From: Candidatus Uhrbacteria bacterium
GTDB taxonomy: Bacteria > Patescibacteriota > Patescibacteriia > UBA9934 > GWF2-40-263
Length of the DNA: 33,374 nucleotides
Assembly (NCBI GenBank): GCA_016208545.1
Contig: JACQXU010000028.1
Span: 1 to 33,374 of the forward strand
Direction of reading: 5' to 3'
The translations under genes were made by a program, and so were the position numbers. Shown in pieces: positions 23,960 through 32,099 of this stretch; the first letter of the stretch is position 1; each line of letters starts with the position of its first letter. The notes under the pieces were generated by a model, which made no database searches, was not told the DNA's origin, and worked only from the letters and a program-made list of their open reading frames with translations.

Positions 23960-24856
23960 CTATTCGTGTTCGCTCTTTATTTTTCCGCCAAGAGTGCGAA
24001 GCCACGCGAGCGCAGATTTTGCTTCAGAAAACGTTGGTGGTTTCCCATGCCATAAAAAGTCGTGTTCCATAAAATCAACTCCATATCCTGGAATTGTGTC
24101 TGCGATAATTACACTAGCTTTTTCGCTCATGCCGTGCGCTTGTTCAACAGCGCTTACAAAATCACGAATCGAATTTCCAGCACAGCGAATCACATTCAAA
24201 TTAAACGCTTCAAATTTTGCTTGCAAAGATTCAAGCGGCATGATTTCTTCGGTCGGTCCGTCAATCTGAATGTTGTTTCTGTCGATTATAAAAGTGCAGT
24301 TGTAAAGTTTGTTGCGTCCAGCAAAAAGCATTGCCTCCCAAGTTTGGCCTGCTTCGAGTTCGCCATCGCTCATTACACAATAAACTCGCCATGGCGCGTG
24401 ATTTAGAAGTCCAACATAGGCAATTCCAACTGCTTGAGATGATCCAGACCCGAGCGGGCCAGAAGTTGCTTCAACACCCGGCAGTTTTTCTCGTTCAGGA
24501 TGTCCTTGAAGAGGCGAGCCGAATTTGCGGAGAGTTTTGAGCCACGTTTTTGGAAAATATCCTGCGTGCGCCATCGCGGCGTAGCGAACAGGACAAATAT
24601 GTCCGTTTGAAAGAATCAAACGATCGCGGTCTTTCCAATTCGGTCGTTTTGGATCGTGGACCATCACATGAAAATAGAGTGCTGTAAAAATATCAGCCAT
24701 TCCAAGCGGGCCGGCTGAATGACCAGAGCCTGCCTCGACTAGCATTTTTATAATGTCTTCACGAATTTCAAAAGCTTTTTCTTCGAGTTTTTTGAGTTGT
24801 TTGTCGTGCAAGTGAAGTGGTTTTCTCACTTTTGGGCCTATCGCGAGATTTGGCAT
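23960..24856 (-). CDS. tkt: transketolase, N-terminal (thiamine-diphosphate-binding) subunit
   Basis: It has GSGHSAGPLGMADI, ILSNGH, LQGHPE, TSGPLGSGSSQAVG and MSDGELEAGQTWEA. ATG 24856 is preferred over TTG 24877. Confidence 0.9.
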   Translation of the reverse strand: MPNLAIGPKVRKPLHLHDKQLKKLEEKAFEIREDIIKMLVEAGSGHSAGPLGMADIFTALYFHVMVHDPKRPNWKDRDRLILSNGHICPVRYAAMAHAGYFPKTWLKTLRKFGSPLQGHPEREKLPGVEATSGPLGSGSSQAVGIAYVGLLNHAPWRVYCVMSDGELEAGQTWEAMLFAGRNKLYNCTFIIDRNNIQIDGPTEEIMPLESLQAKFEAFNLNVIRCAGNSIRDFVSAVEQAHGMSEKASVIIADTIPGYGVDFMEHDFLWHGKPPTFSEAKSALAWLRTLGGKIKSEHE

Positions 24857-24881
24857 AGTAAAAACATTGTAGCACAAACTA

Positions 24882-24905
24882 AAACAGGGCGCGTTGGCCC
24901 TGTTT
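24882..24905 (-). terminator. hairpin downstream of the cupredoxin-fold gene
   Basis: AAACAGGGC-GCGTTG-GCCCTGTTT. The minus-strand trailing sequence TAGTTTG is only moderately T-rich. Confidence 0.5.
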
Positions 24906-24914
24906 AGTGAAAAT

Positions 24915-25730
24915 TTATTGAACCGTGATCGTGCCTGTCATGTTGCTGTGATACGCACAATGAAATGAATACGTTCCAGCCGTTTTAAAGTATTTTATGA
25001 AACTTCCGCCTGCTGTCATTGTTCCTGTTCCCCATACTCCGTCGTCCCCGCTTGCTGAATGTTTTGTAGATCCGTTGTTTACAAACTTCACAGCTCGGCC
25101 AGCGCTCACAGTCACGTTGCTTGGTGTGTACATGTTATCTGTGATTGTAACTACGATCGCTGATTGAAGATTTTTGTCTGTATTTATGTCTGTTGCTTCA
25201 GCTTTTTCTGCGTTAACGCTGAAACTTGTCGAAATTTCAATAGCAGTGCTGATTTTGTAATTTGGGAAAAATCCATCCGGAACATCATCAATCATTTTAT
25301 TCCAGTTGCTTCCGTACAAAGTAATCGCGATTGCTTCTGTTGAAACATGACGCAGAGATCCTCCGCTTCCAACAGCGTACACTTTTGGATCACTATTGAT
25401 TTTAATCATTTTAACACCCGGCTTGTACGTTACATTTCCTCCGATTTGAATTGTTGCCAAGTCTTTATCAGTCAACCAAAGAACACTGTCAAAATTGCTA
25501 AACCATGTGAAATACGTTTTGTCGTTTGGGAAAACGTAACGCATTCCATCAGCTCCGTAATAATAAACTGCCGAATACGACTGACCGCGAATTAGGCTTC
25601 CTGATTGCAAATTTGCCGGAGTCGTGTAAGTTTGCGCGCTTGCTGTTGAGGTCCAAGTAGCAAACGACATTAAAACTGTCGCAAAAATCGTAAGAGTTGA
25701 AACGAAAATGAGAGAAAAACGTTTGGACAT
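24915..25730 (-). CDS. secreted protein with C-terminal type-1-copper (cupredoxin) domain
   Basis: The signal-like N-terminus is MSKRFSLIFVSTLTIFATVLM. The C-terminal roughly 90 aa carry ...VKFVNNGSTKHSA...YSFHCAYHSNMTGTITV. This is the His...Cys-x2-His-x3-Met arrangement of blue-copper ligands. Confidence 0.7.
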   Translation of the reverse strand: MSKRFSLIFVSTLTIFATVLMSFATWTSTASAQTYTTPANLQSGSLIRGQSYSAVYYYGADGMRYVFPNDKTYFTWFSNFDSVLWLTDKDLATIQIGGNVTYKPGVKMIKINSDPKVYAVGSGGSLRHVSTEAIAITLYGSNWNKMIDDVPDGFFPNYKISTAIEISTSFSVNAEKAEATDINTDKNLQSAIVVTITDNMYTPSNVTVSAGRAVKFVNNGSTKHSASGDDGVWGTGTMTAGGSFIKYFKTAGTYSFHCAYHSNMTGTITVQ

Positions 25731-25755
25731 AGAGTGAATAGGTGTTAGGTTTTAG

Positions 25756-26559
25756 TTATTTTACAATTATTGCGCCGCTCATCACAGATTTACTTGCGTA
25801 TTTTGAATAGTAATTCCATGTTCCTTTTTCAACAAAGTATCGCGTGAAATGCTGTCCTGGTTTAAGTGTTCCTGATCCCCAAACACTATCCCATTCTGTG
25901 GCTGAATGATTTGTTGTTGAGTTGTTGACCCATCGAACTGCTCGTCCGCTTTCGATCGTTGCTGTCGGGGGTTCGTAACTTGTATTGTTTATTGAAATAA
26001 TCGTCGCGGATTTGAGATTCTTGTCTGTATTGATATCGCTTGCATCAGCTTTTTCTGCGGTAATGCTGTATTGTGATGCAAATTCAATTTTACTTCCAAT
26101 TTCATAGTTTGAAAAAAATCCATCAGGAACATCATCAATTTGTTTATTCCAATTTGCTCCATAAAGTTCTTTCGCGATTTGTTCTGAAACAATCGCGCGA
26201 AGAGTTCCGTCGCTTCCAACCGCGTAAACTTTTGGATCGCTATTGATTTTTACCATTTTTACACCAGGTTTGTACGTTACATTTCCTCCAATTTGAATTG
26301 TTGCCAAATCTTTGTCAGTCACCCATTTTACAGAACTGAAATTGTTATACCATGTGAAATACGTTTTGTCGTTTGGGAAAACGTAACGCATTCCGTCAGC
26401 ACCGTAATAATAAACTGAAGAATAAGTTTGACCTCGGAAAAGATCGCCTGACTGGATTGAAGAGATTGGAATAATTGTTGCGGCGTTTGCAGGAAGGACA
26501 AAAAGTGCCGAGAGAACCCAGAAGGCCGAGATGGTCGAGAAGAAAAACGTTTTTTTCAT
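25756..26559 (-). CDS. paralog of the preceding gene with a degenerate copper site
   Basis: It has the same roughly 170-aa N-terminal domain (YYYGADGMRYVFPNDKTYFTW, IQIGGNVTYKPGVKM, DDVPDGFF). The C-terminal beta-domain reads YYSKYASKSVMSGAIIV, with no Cys and no second His. Confidence 0.6.
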   Translation of the reverse strand: MKKTFFFSTISAFWVLSALFVLPANAATIIPISSIQSGDLFRGQTYSSVYYYGADGMRYVFPNDKTYFTWYNNFSSVKWVTDKDLATIQIGGNVTYKPGVKMVKINSDPKVYAVGSDGTLRAIVSEQIAKELYGANWNKQIDDVPDGFFSNYEIGSKIEFASQYSITAEKADASDINTDKNLKSATIISINNTSYEPPTATIESGRAVRWVNNSTTNHSATEWDSVWGSGTLKPGQHFTRYFVEKGTWNYYSKYASKSVMSGAIIVK

Positions 26560-27197
26560 AAAAGTTTATTTAACTCTTTCAGTTTACCACTTGGATTGTC
26601 TGAATGAAAGATGAGCGAACCAACACATATTCTCTGTATTCCAGCTTTTATGAGCGGCTTGATTAGTTCTTCAGTTACTCCTCCGTCAATTTCAATTATC
26701 AAATCTTTGCGATGTTTGCGAGCTTGTTCGATTTTTTCAAAAACAATTTCATCAAATTTTTGACCTTGCAGTCCTGGATACACGCTCATAATTGTGAGCT
26801 GATCAATCCTGTGTAAAACCTCTTCAATTTCATGGAGTGGAGTTTCAGGATTGATTGCAACACCAACTTCAAGTCCGAGAATGTCTTTAATGTGACCAAC
26901 AACAGCGCCAAGTGGACGATGCATTTCCGCGCTCACGATTGCGCGTGTGAATGTTGGAACGAGTTGTTTGAACTGTTCTACGATCGGGATTGGATTTTCA
27001 ACCATGAGATGCGTTTCTATCGCGACTTTTGTTTTGATCGCGCCGATCGCGGTAGGATTAAACCAGGTTGTGTTTGGGAAAAGCGTTCCATCAAGCACAT
27101 CAATTTGAATGATGGCGCAATCGTTTTCGACAGCACGCAGATTTTTTTCAAATTCTTTTTTTGATTCGACAAGCAGTGCAGGAACTATTTGTGGCAT
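26556..27197 (-). CDS. rpe: ribulose-phosphate 3-epimerase
   Basis: It has IVPALL, IQIDVLDG..FPN, HLMVENP, MSVYPGLQGQKF and IEIDGGV. It is 213 aa. Confidence 0.85.
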   Translation of the reverse strand: MPQIVPALLVESKKEFEKNLRAVENDCAIIQIDVLDGTLFPNTTWFNPTAIGAIKTKVAIETHLMVENPIPIVEQFKQLVPTFTRAIVSAEMHRPLGAVVGHIKDILGLEVGVAINPETPLHEIEEVLHRIDQLTIMSVYPGLQGQKFDEIVFEKIEQARKHRKDLIIEIDGGVTEELIKPLIKAGIQRICVGSLIFHSDNPSGKLKELNKLL

Positions 27198-27223
27198 AAA
27201 GAAAATTATGGTAGCCGCGGGCT

Positions 27224-27697
27224 TTAGTCCGCGTGGTCGTATTCTTGATTCTCAATTTCCTTAACTTTATTTAGTCTACGAACATGACGGTCAGCGCCTG
27301 AAAATTCCGTTGAGAGCCATGCGTCAACAATTTTTTTCGCGCCTTCGATTTTCAGATGGCGTCCAGGCAAACAAAGAATGTTCGCGTTGTCGTCTGTGCG
27401 AGATGTTTTTGCCACTTTTTCGTCAAACCCTGTTGCGGCTCGCGCGCCTCGAACTTTGTTTGCCACAATACAAATTCCTTGCGCATTTCCGCAAATTACA
27501 ATTCCATGCGAGCCATCGTCCGTAACCACACGTTTTGCAACAGCATATCCAAATTCCGGATAATCATCATCTTGAACCAGATCTTGATTCCCCATATCAA
27601 CTACTTTATAGTCTTTGGTATTTAAGTAATCCTCGAGCGCTTCTTTAAGTGCCCATCCTCCATGATCAGCTCCAATGTAGATTGTTGGTTTGTTCAT
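27224..27697 (-). CDS. rpiB: ribose-5-phosphate isomerase B
   Basis: It has IGADHGG, DYPEF, GIVICGNAQGICIVANK, GARAA and DDNANILCLPGR. It is 157 aa. Confidence 0.9.
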   Translation of the reverse strand: MNKPTIYIGADHGGWALKEALEDYLNTKDYKVVDMGNQDLVQDDDYPEFGYAVAKRVVTDDGSHGIVICGNAQGICIVANKVRGARAATGFDEKVAKTSRTDDNANILCLPGRHLKIEGAKKIVDAWLSTEFSGADRHVRRLNKVKEIENQEYDHAD

Positions 27698-27820
27698 AAT
27701 AAAAATATTTTATCACAATCGCAGACAAACACAGTAATTTTTCTGTTTTCTCGCTACCTGGTAGCGAGAAGTTGGTTTTTTTGATTTTTTCTAGATTTTT
27801 TGGCATACTCGATGCGTATG

Positions 27821-27950
27821 CCCGGTAGGACAACAATGATCCGTCTCTTGTCCTTCTGTGCTTTAACACAAGCTGTACGACACCCTACGTAAGGAGTCGA
27901 AACAACGGCGGATAAAGAAAATTAACAAATATCATTGTTGTACTACCGGG
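27821..27950 (+). promoter_or_regulatory. 19-nt inverted repeat enclosing the last 130 nt of the ileS leader
   Basis: CCCGGTAGGACAACAATGA (27821-27839) pairs with TCATTGTTGTACTACCGGG (27932-27950) with 1 mismatch. The right arm ends 1 nt before ATG 27952. The only AAGGAG (27891-27896) lies in the enclosed loop. Confidence 0.5.
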
Positions 27951-27951
27951 T

Positions 27952-30900
27952 ATGAATTTTTCACAACGTGAGCAAGAAATCCTAAAACAATGGGACGATC
28001 GAAAAATTTTCAAAAAAACATTGGAGAAAGACGCGCCTAAGGGCTCGTTTGTGTTTTTTGAAGGTCCGCCAACAGCAAATGGACGGCCTGGCATTCATCA
28101 TGCCGAATCCCGTGCGTTTAAGGATAGCATTCCGCGTTTTCGCACAATGCAAGGGTATCGAGTTGTGAGAAAAGGCGGTTGGGACACACATGGTTTACCT
28201 GTTGAAATTGAAGTTGAAAAGCAACTTGGGTTCACTGGCAAAGCCCAGATTGAAGAATTTGGGATCGCGAAATTTAATGAGCTTTGCAAACAAAACGTTT
28301 GGAAATATAAAAAGGAGTGGGAAGAATTTACAAAGCGACTCGGTTTTTGGGTTGATCTTGAAAATGCGTATGTTACTTACGCGCCAGAATACATTGAATC
28401 TTTGTGGTGGGTGATCAAACAAGTATGGAATAAAGGACTTTTATACAAAGATTACCGTGTGACACCTCATTGCCCGCGTTGCGGAACGTCATTATCAAGC
28501 CACGAACTCGCGCAAGGATATAAAGATGTGAAGGATTTGAGTGTGACGGCGAAGTTTAGAATTGAAAGTCATGGAGTCACAGAGTCATGGAGTAATGGAA
28601 CTTCGGAATACATTTTGGCGTGGACAACAACGCCGTGGACATTGCCTGGGAATGTCGCGCTTGCTGTTGGAAAAGATATTGATTATGTGAAAGTGAAACA
28701 AGGTGATGAATTTTTGTGGTTAGCAAAAGACCGTCTTCAAATTTTAACAGGCGAATATGAAATCATCGAAGAAGTAAAAGGCGAAAAACTGGTTGGAAAA
28801 AAGTACGAACCGCTTTATCCGTATCTTAGAGATGTCATTGCGAGGAGCGAAGCGACGAAGCAATCTAGCGAAGAGATTGTTTCTATGGGTCAAGGTCTCC
28901 CTCGCAATGACAGAGATTCTGCTTTCACTATCGTTCCCGCCGATTTCGTCACAACACAAGATGGAACCGGAGTTGTTCACACAGCTGTAATGTACGGAGT
29001 TGATGATTTTGAATTGGGAAATAAAATTGGTCTTCCAAAACATCATGTTGTGAAACTTGACGGGACGTTTATTGAAGGAATGGATTTTCTTTCCGGTCGT
29101 TTTGTGGCTGACGAAGCTGTTGCTGTTGATATTATAAAAGATTTAGCGCATCGCGGACTTTTGTTCTCAAAAGAAAAGTTTGAACACTCATATCCGCACT
29201 GTTGGCGATGCAAAACAAAACTCATCTATTACGCAAAAGATTCTTGGTATATCGCAATGACTAAACTACGCGATGAACTTTTGAAACAAAATGACAATAT
29301 CCACTGGGAGCCGGAGCATATTAAGAATGGGCGATTTGGTGAATGGTTGCGCGAGGTGAAAGACTGGGCGTTTTCGAGAGAGCGTTATTGGGGAACACCG
29401 CTTCCGATTTGGGAATGTGAAAGTTGCAAACATCAAATGTGTGTTGGGAGTTTTGAAGAGTTGCAGTCATTGCGAGCGACCAACGGAAGCGAAGCTATCT
29501 CTGCGACTGAAGAGATTGCTTCGGTCGGCAAGAGCATCCCTCGCAATGACGAGGCAAATTTCGATCCTCATCGTCCTTATATTGATGAGATTAAAATCGT
29601 ATGTGAAAAATGTTCAGGTTCTGCAAAGCGTGTTCCGGATGTGTGTGATGTTTGGTTTGATTCAGGCGCAATGCCGTTTGCGCAGTGGCATTATCCATTT
29701 GAAAATAAAGAGATTGTTGATTCAGGTGAAGAATATCCGGCAGATTATATTTCAGAAGCCATTGATCAAACTCGTGGATGGTTTTATACACTTCTCGCTG
29801 TTGCGACTTTGCTTGGGAAAGAACGGCCGTTTAAAAATGTGATTTGTTTAGGACACGTTTTAGACGCTGAAGGAAAAAAGATGAGCAAGTCTCTCGGAAA
29901 TATAGTTTTACCGATGGAAGCAATGGAAAAGTTCGGCGCTGATGCAATTCGTTGGTACATGTACACAATCAATCAGCCAGGTGAGTCAAAACGGTTTGAT
30001 GAAAAAGCGCTTTCAGAAATGGTGAAAAAGAATTTTGGAATTTTGTCGAACGTTGTTTCTTTCTATAAAATGTTTTCTACTCCACGACTCCACGACTCCA
30101 CGACTCTACGACTCCACATTCTCGATCGTTGGATTCTCGCGCGACTTCACAAACTCACAAAAGAAACAACTTCAAGACTCGAAAATTATATTATCACTGA
30201 AACCGTTCGAGAGCTCGGAGATTTTATTGATGATCTCTCAACTTGGTATGTTCGTCGTTCGCGCGATAGGTTTAAGGGCACAAACGAAAAAGATAAGCAG
30301 TCTGCGATCGCGACTTTGCATGAATGTCTTTTGACTTTTTCAAAACTTATCGCGCCGTTTGCGCCGTTTTTAGCTGAAACTGTTTATCAAGACATTGGAG
30401 GAGAAAAAGAATCTGTTCATTTGGAAGATTGGCCGGCGTTTGATGATTCTATGATTGATGAAAATCTGCTTTTGGATATGAAAACCGTTCGCGGAATTGT
30501 TTCTCGTGTTCTTGAACGTCGTTCAGAAGCTCAAATTCCAGTGCGACAAGCGCTTGGTTCAATGAAAGTAATTCTTCCAACAGGAGAACTGTCTCAAGAA
30601 TATCAAGATTTGATTTTGGATGAAGTGAATGTCAAAAAGATTGAAGTTCAAAAAGGCGATTTGTCAGTTGAACTTGATTTAACTCTTACACCAGAACTTT
30701 TGCGTGATGGAATTGCACGCGAAATTATTCGTCGTGTGAATACGCTTCGAAAAGAGAAGGGCTTGACGATCAATAATCGAATTGAATTGTTTGTTTCGGG
30801 TTCAGACGAAGTTTTTCGAGTTGTCGAAGAACATCGTGCTGAACTTTTGCACGGAACACTTTCAGATTTGATTCGCACAAAAGGCAGTTCGCCAGAAACA

Positions 30901-30957
30901 AGCGAATCGTTTCTAGTAAACGATCAGAAAGTTGTTGTTGGGTTTGATGTAAAGTGA
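27952..30957 (+). CDS. ileS: isoleucine--tRNA ligase
   Basis: It has PPTANGRPGIHH (HIGH), WTTTPWTLPGN, DGTGVVHTA, CWRCKTKL, SRERYWGTPLP, DVWFDSG, SEAIDQTRGWFY and KKMSKSLGN (KMSKS). It is 1001 aa. Confidence 0.95.
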   Translation: MNFSQREQEILKQWDDRKIFKKTLEKDAPKGSFVFFEGPPTANGRPGIHHAESRAFKDSIPRFRTMQGYRVVRKGGWDTHGLPVEIEVEKQLGFTGKAQIEEFGIAKFNELCKQNVWKYKKEWEEFTKRLGFWVDLENAYVTYAPEYIESLWWVIKQVWNKGLLYKDYRVTPHCPRCGTSLSSHELAQGYKDVKDLSVTAKFRIESHGVTESWSNGTSEYILAWTTTPWTLPGNVALAVGKDIDYVKVKQGDEFLWLAKDRLQILTGEYEIIEEVKGEKLVGKKYEPLYPYLRDVIARSEATKQSSEEIVSMGQGLPRNDRDSAFTIVPADFVTTQDGTGVVHTAVMYGVDDFELGNKIGLPKHHVVKLDGTFIEGMDFLSGRFVADEAVAVDIIKDLAHRGLLFSKEKFEHSYPHCWRCKTKLIYYAKDSWYIAMTKLRDELLKQNDNIHWEPEHIKNGRFGEWLREVKDWAFSRERYWGTPLPIWECESCKHQMCVGSFEELQSLRATNGSEAISATEEIASVGKSIPRNDEANFDPHRPYIDEIKIVCEKCSGSAKRVPDVCDVWFDSGAMPFAQWHYPFENKEIVDSGEEYPADYISEAIDQTRGWFYTLLAVATLLGKERPFKNVICLGHVLDAEGKKMSKSLGNIVLPMEAMEKFGADAIRWYMYTINQPGESKRFDEKALSEMVKKNFGILSNVVSFYKMFSTPRLHDSTTLRLHILDRWILARLHKLTKETTSRLENYIITETVRELGDFIDDLSTWYVRRSRDRFKGTNEKDKQSAIATLHECLLTFSKLIAPFAPFLAETVYQDIGGEKESVHLEDWPAFDDSMIDENLLLDMKTVRGIVSRVLERRSEAQIPVRQALGSMKVILPTGELSQEYQDLILDEVNVKKIEVQKGDLSVELDLTLTPELLRDGIAREIIRRVNTLRKEKGLTINNRIELFVSGSDEVFRVVEEHRAELLHGTLSDLIRTKGSSPETSESFLVNDQKVVVGFDVK
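28567..28598. repeat. 8-nt-period array in frame in ileS
   Basis: AGTCATGG AGTCACAG AGTCATGG AGTAATGG encodes ESHGVTESWSNG in a naturally variable segment before WTTTPWT. Confidence 0.6.
28834..28911. repeat. 78-nt GTCATTGCGAGG...CCTCGCAATGAC palindromic element translated in frame in ileS
   Basis: The sequence is GTCATTGCGAGGAGCGAAGCGACGAAGCAATCT-AGCGA-AGAGATTGTTTCTATGGGTCAAGGTCTCCCTCGCAATGAC. This is 26 codons, VIARSEATKQSSEEIVSMGQGLPRND. Confidence 0.75.
29466..29550. repeat. 85-nt copy of the same palindromic element translated in ileS
   Basis: The sequence is GTCATTGCGAGCGACCAACGGAAGCGAAGCTATCTC...AGAGATTGCTTCGGTCGGCAAGAGCATCCCTCGCAATGAC. It encodes SLRATNGSEAISATEEIASVGKSIPRND. The left arm is read in a different frame from the first copy; the right arm is read in the same frame. 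Confidence 0.75.
30078..30118. repeat. 8-nt-period array in frame in ileS, reverse complement of the 28567 array family
   Basis: CGACTCCA x3 and CGACTCTA begin at 30085, 30093, 30101 and 30109. The array encodes STPRLHDSTTLRLH. Confidence 0.6.
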
Positions 30958-31096
30958 TGGCATCTCGTCACTTAGTGACGTGGAATGTTTACAACTTTTC
31001 ACAGGGGTGAACTTTTGTCAGCAAAATTTTTGTTATAACTTTTGTCAGCAGTTCAACCAGTTCAACTGGTTCACTTGATTCATCTTGATCGTATTT

Positions 31097-31966
31097 ATGA
31101 ATTTATTAGTTTCATCTTTATTGCATTCTTCAGTTCTAATAGTTCCGCTCAATGATGCGGAATCTATTTTGATCAGCCAGATCGCGCAAAAGATCGGCTT
31201 GCAAACAATTCTTTCAAAACAAACTCACGGCGCGTCGCTTGATAAAGGCCGCGATTATTTTCCAATCATCAAAAAAGGCAAATTCAAAAAAGTGATCGCT
31301 GTTGAAATGCCGGGGCCTAAAACGGAAACTAAGTTGAAAAAACTCGGAATCTATTTTGTTATTATTGATCATCATCATTACACAGGTTTGGATCGCGCGC
31401 ACGACGCATCTCAAAAGATGTTGCCTTCGTCACTCGAGCAATTTCTCAAACTTTTCAAACTTACAGACACAAAATTAAAAACATTAGGTTTTGATCCGAG
31501 ATTAGTTCGCGGGATAGGAATTTATGATCGCGGTTTCATTTGGGCGCTTCAAGAAGAAGGTTATGGCAAATCAGAGATAAAAAGCGTTCTCGCTTTTCAC
31601 GATGCGCTTATTTCACAAATCCACAATCCAAAAACCGAAGCGCGAAAACAATCAATCGCAAAACGCGCATGGCAAAGTCGAAAAAAATGGCGAGAATTTT
31701 TTATTGTTGAAACAAAAGCGGACATTCAACTTCGTCCGCGTTTGTCGCGAATTGTAGCAGAAGAATTTGAAAAACCAACTCCGCTTATTGTCATTGAACA
31801 CAAACGCGGTTTGATTTATATTCAAGAGTCTGACAAAGCGATAGATCTTTTTCAAAAGTTCGGCGGATTCACATTTGGCCAAGATCGTAATTGGGGGTAT
31901 CGTAATGAAAAAAGGAAAAGGCGTGTTACAGTCCGTGATGTAAAAAAAGTTTTATTGAACCAATAA
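31097..31966 (+). CDS. hypothetical protein
   Basis: This is a 289-aa ORF from ATG 31097. It contains VIIDHHHY, but I cannot place the other DHH-family motifs. No confident family assignment is possible. Confidence 0.55.
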   Translation: MNLLVSSLLHSSVLIVPLNDAESILISQIAQKIGLQTILSKQTHGASLDKGRDYFPIIKKGKFKKVIAVEMPGPKTETKLKKLGIYFVIIDHHHYTGLDRAHDASQKMLPSSLEQFLKLFKLTDTKLKTLGFDPRLVRGIGIYDRGFIWALQEEGYGKSEIKSVLAFHDALISQIHNPKTEARKQSIAKRAWQSRKKWREFFIVETKADIQLRPRLSRIVAEEFEKPTPLIVIEHKRGLIYIQESDKAIDLFQKFGGFTFGQDRNWGYRNEKRKRRVTVRDVKKVLLNQ

Positions 31967-32064
31967 GCCTGTTGCTAAATAATTTGTCAGAATAACAATA
32001 GTAGATTGCGGATAAGTAATTAAGCTAAATTAAGCCAAAAAGTATAGAAAGTGCCACTGAACCC

Positions 32065-32093
32065 TTGACAGTATTTTGGTTTCGTGGTATACT
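32065..32093 (+). promoter_or_regulatory. near-consensus sigma70 promoter TTGACA-17nt-TATACT
   Basis: TTGACA is at 32065-32070 and TATACT at 32088-32093, with exactly 17 nt between them. It is preceded by the same ACCC as the promoter at 647. Confidence 0.6.
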
Positions 32094-32099
32094 GCTGTT

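Noticed and set aside
27700-27951. T-box riboswitch in the ileS leader
   Set aside because: I could not find the conserved T-box sequence (AANNGGGTGGTACCGCG-like), a specifier loop presenting ATC, or a terminator/antiterminator pair next to the start codon. The hairpin plus T run at 27750-27782 is about 170 nt upstream.
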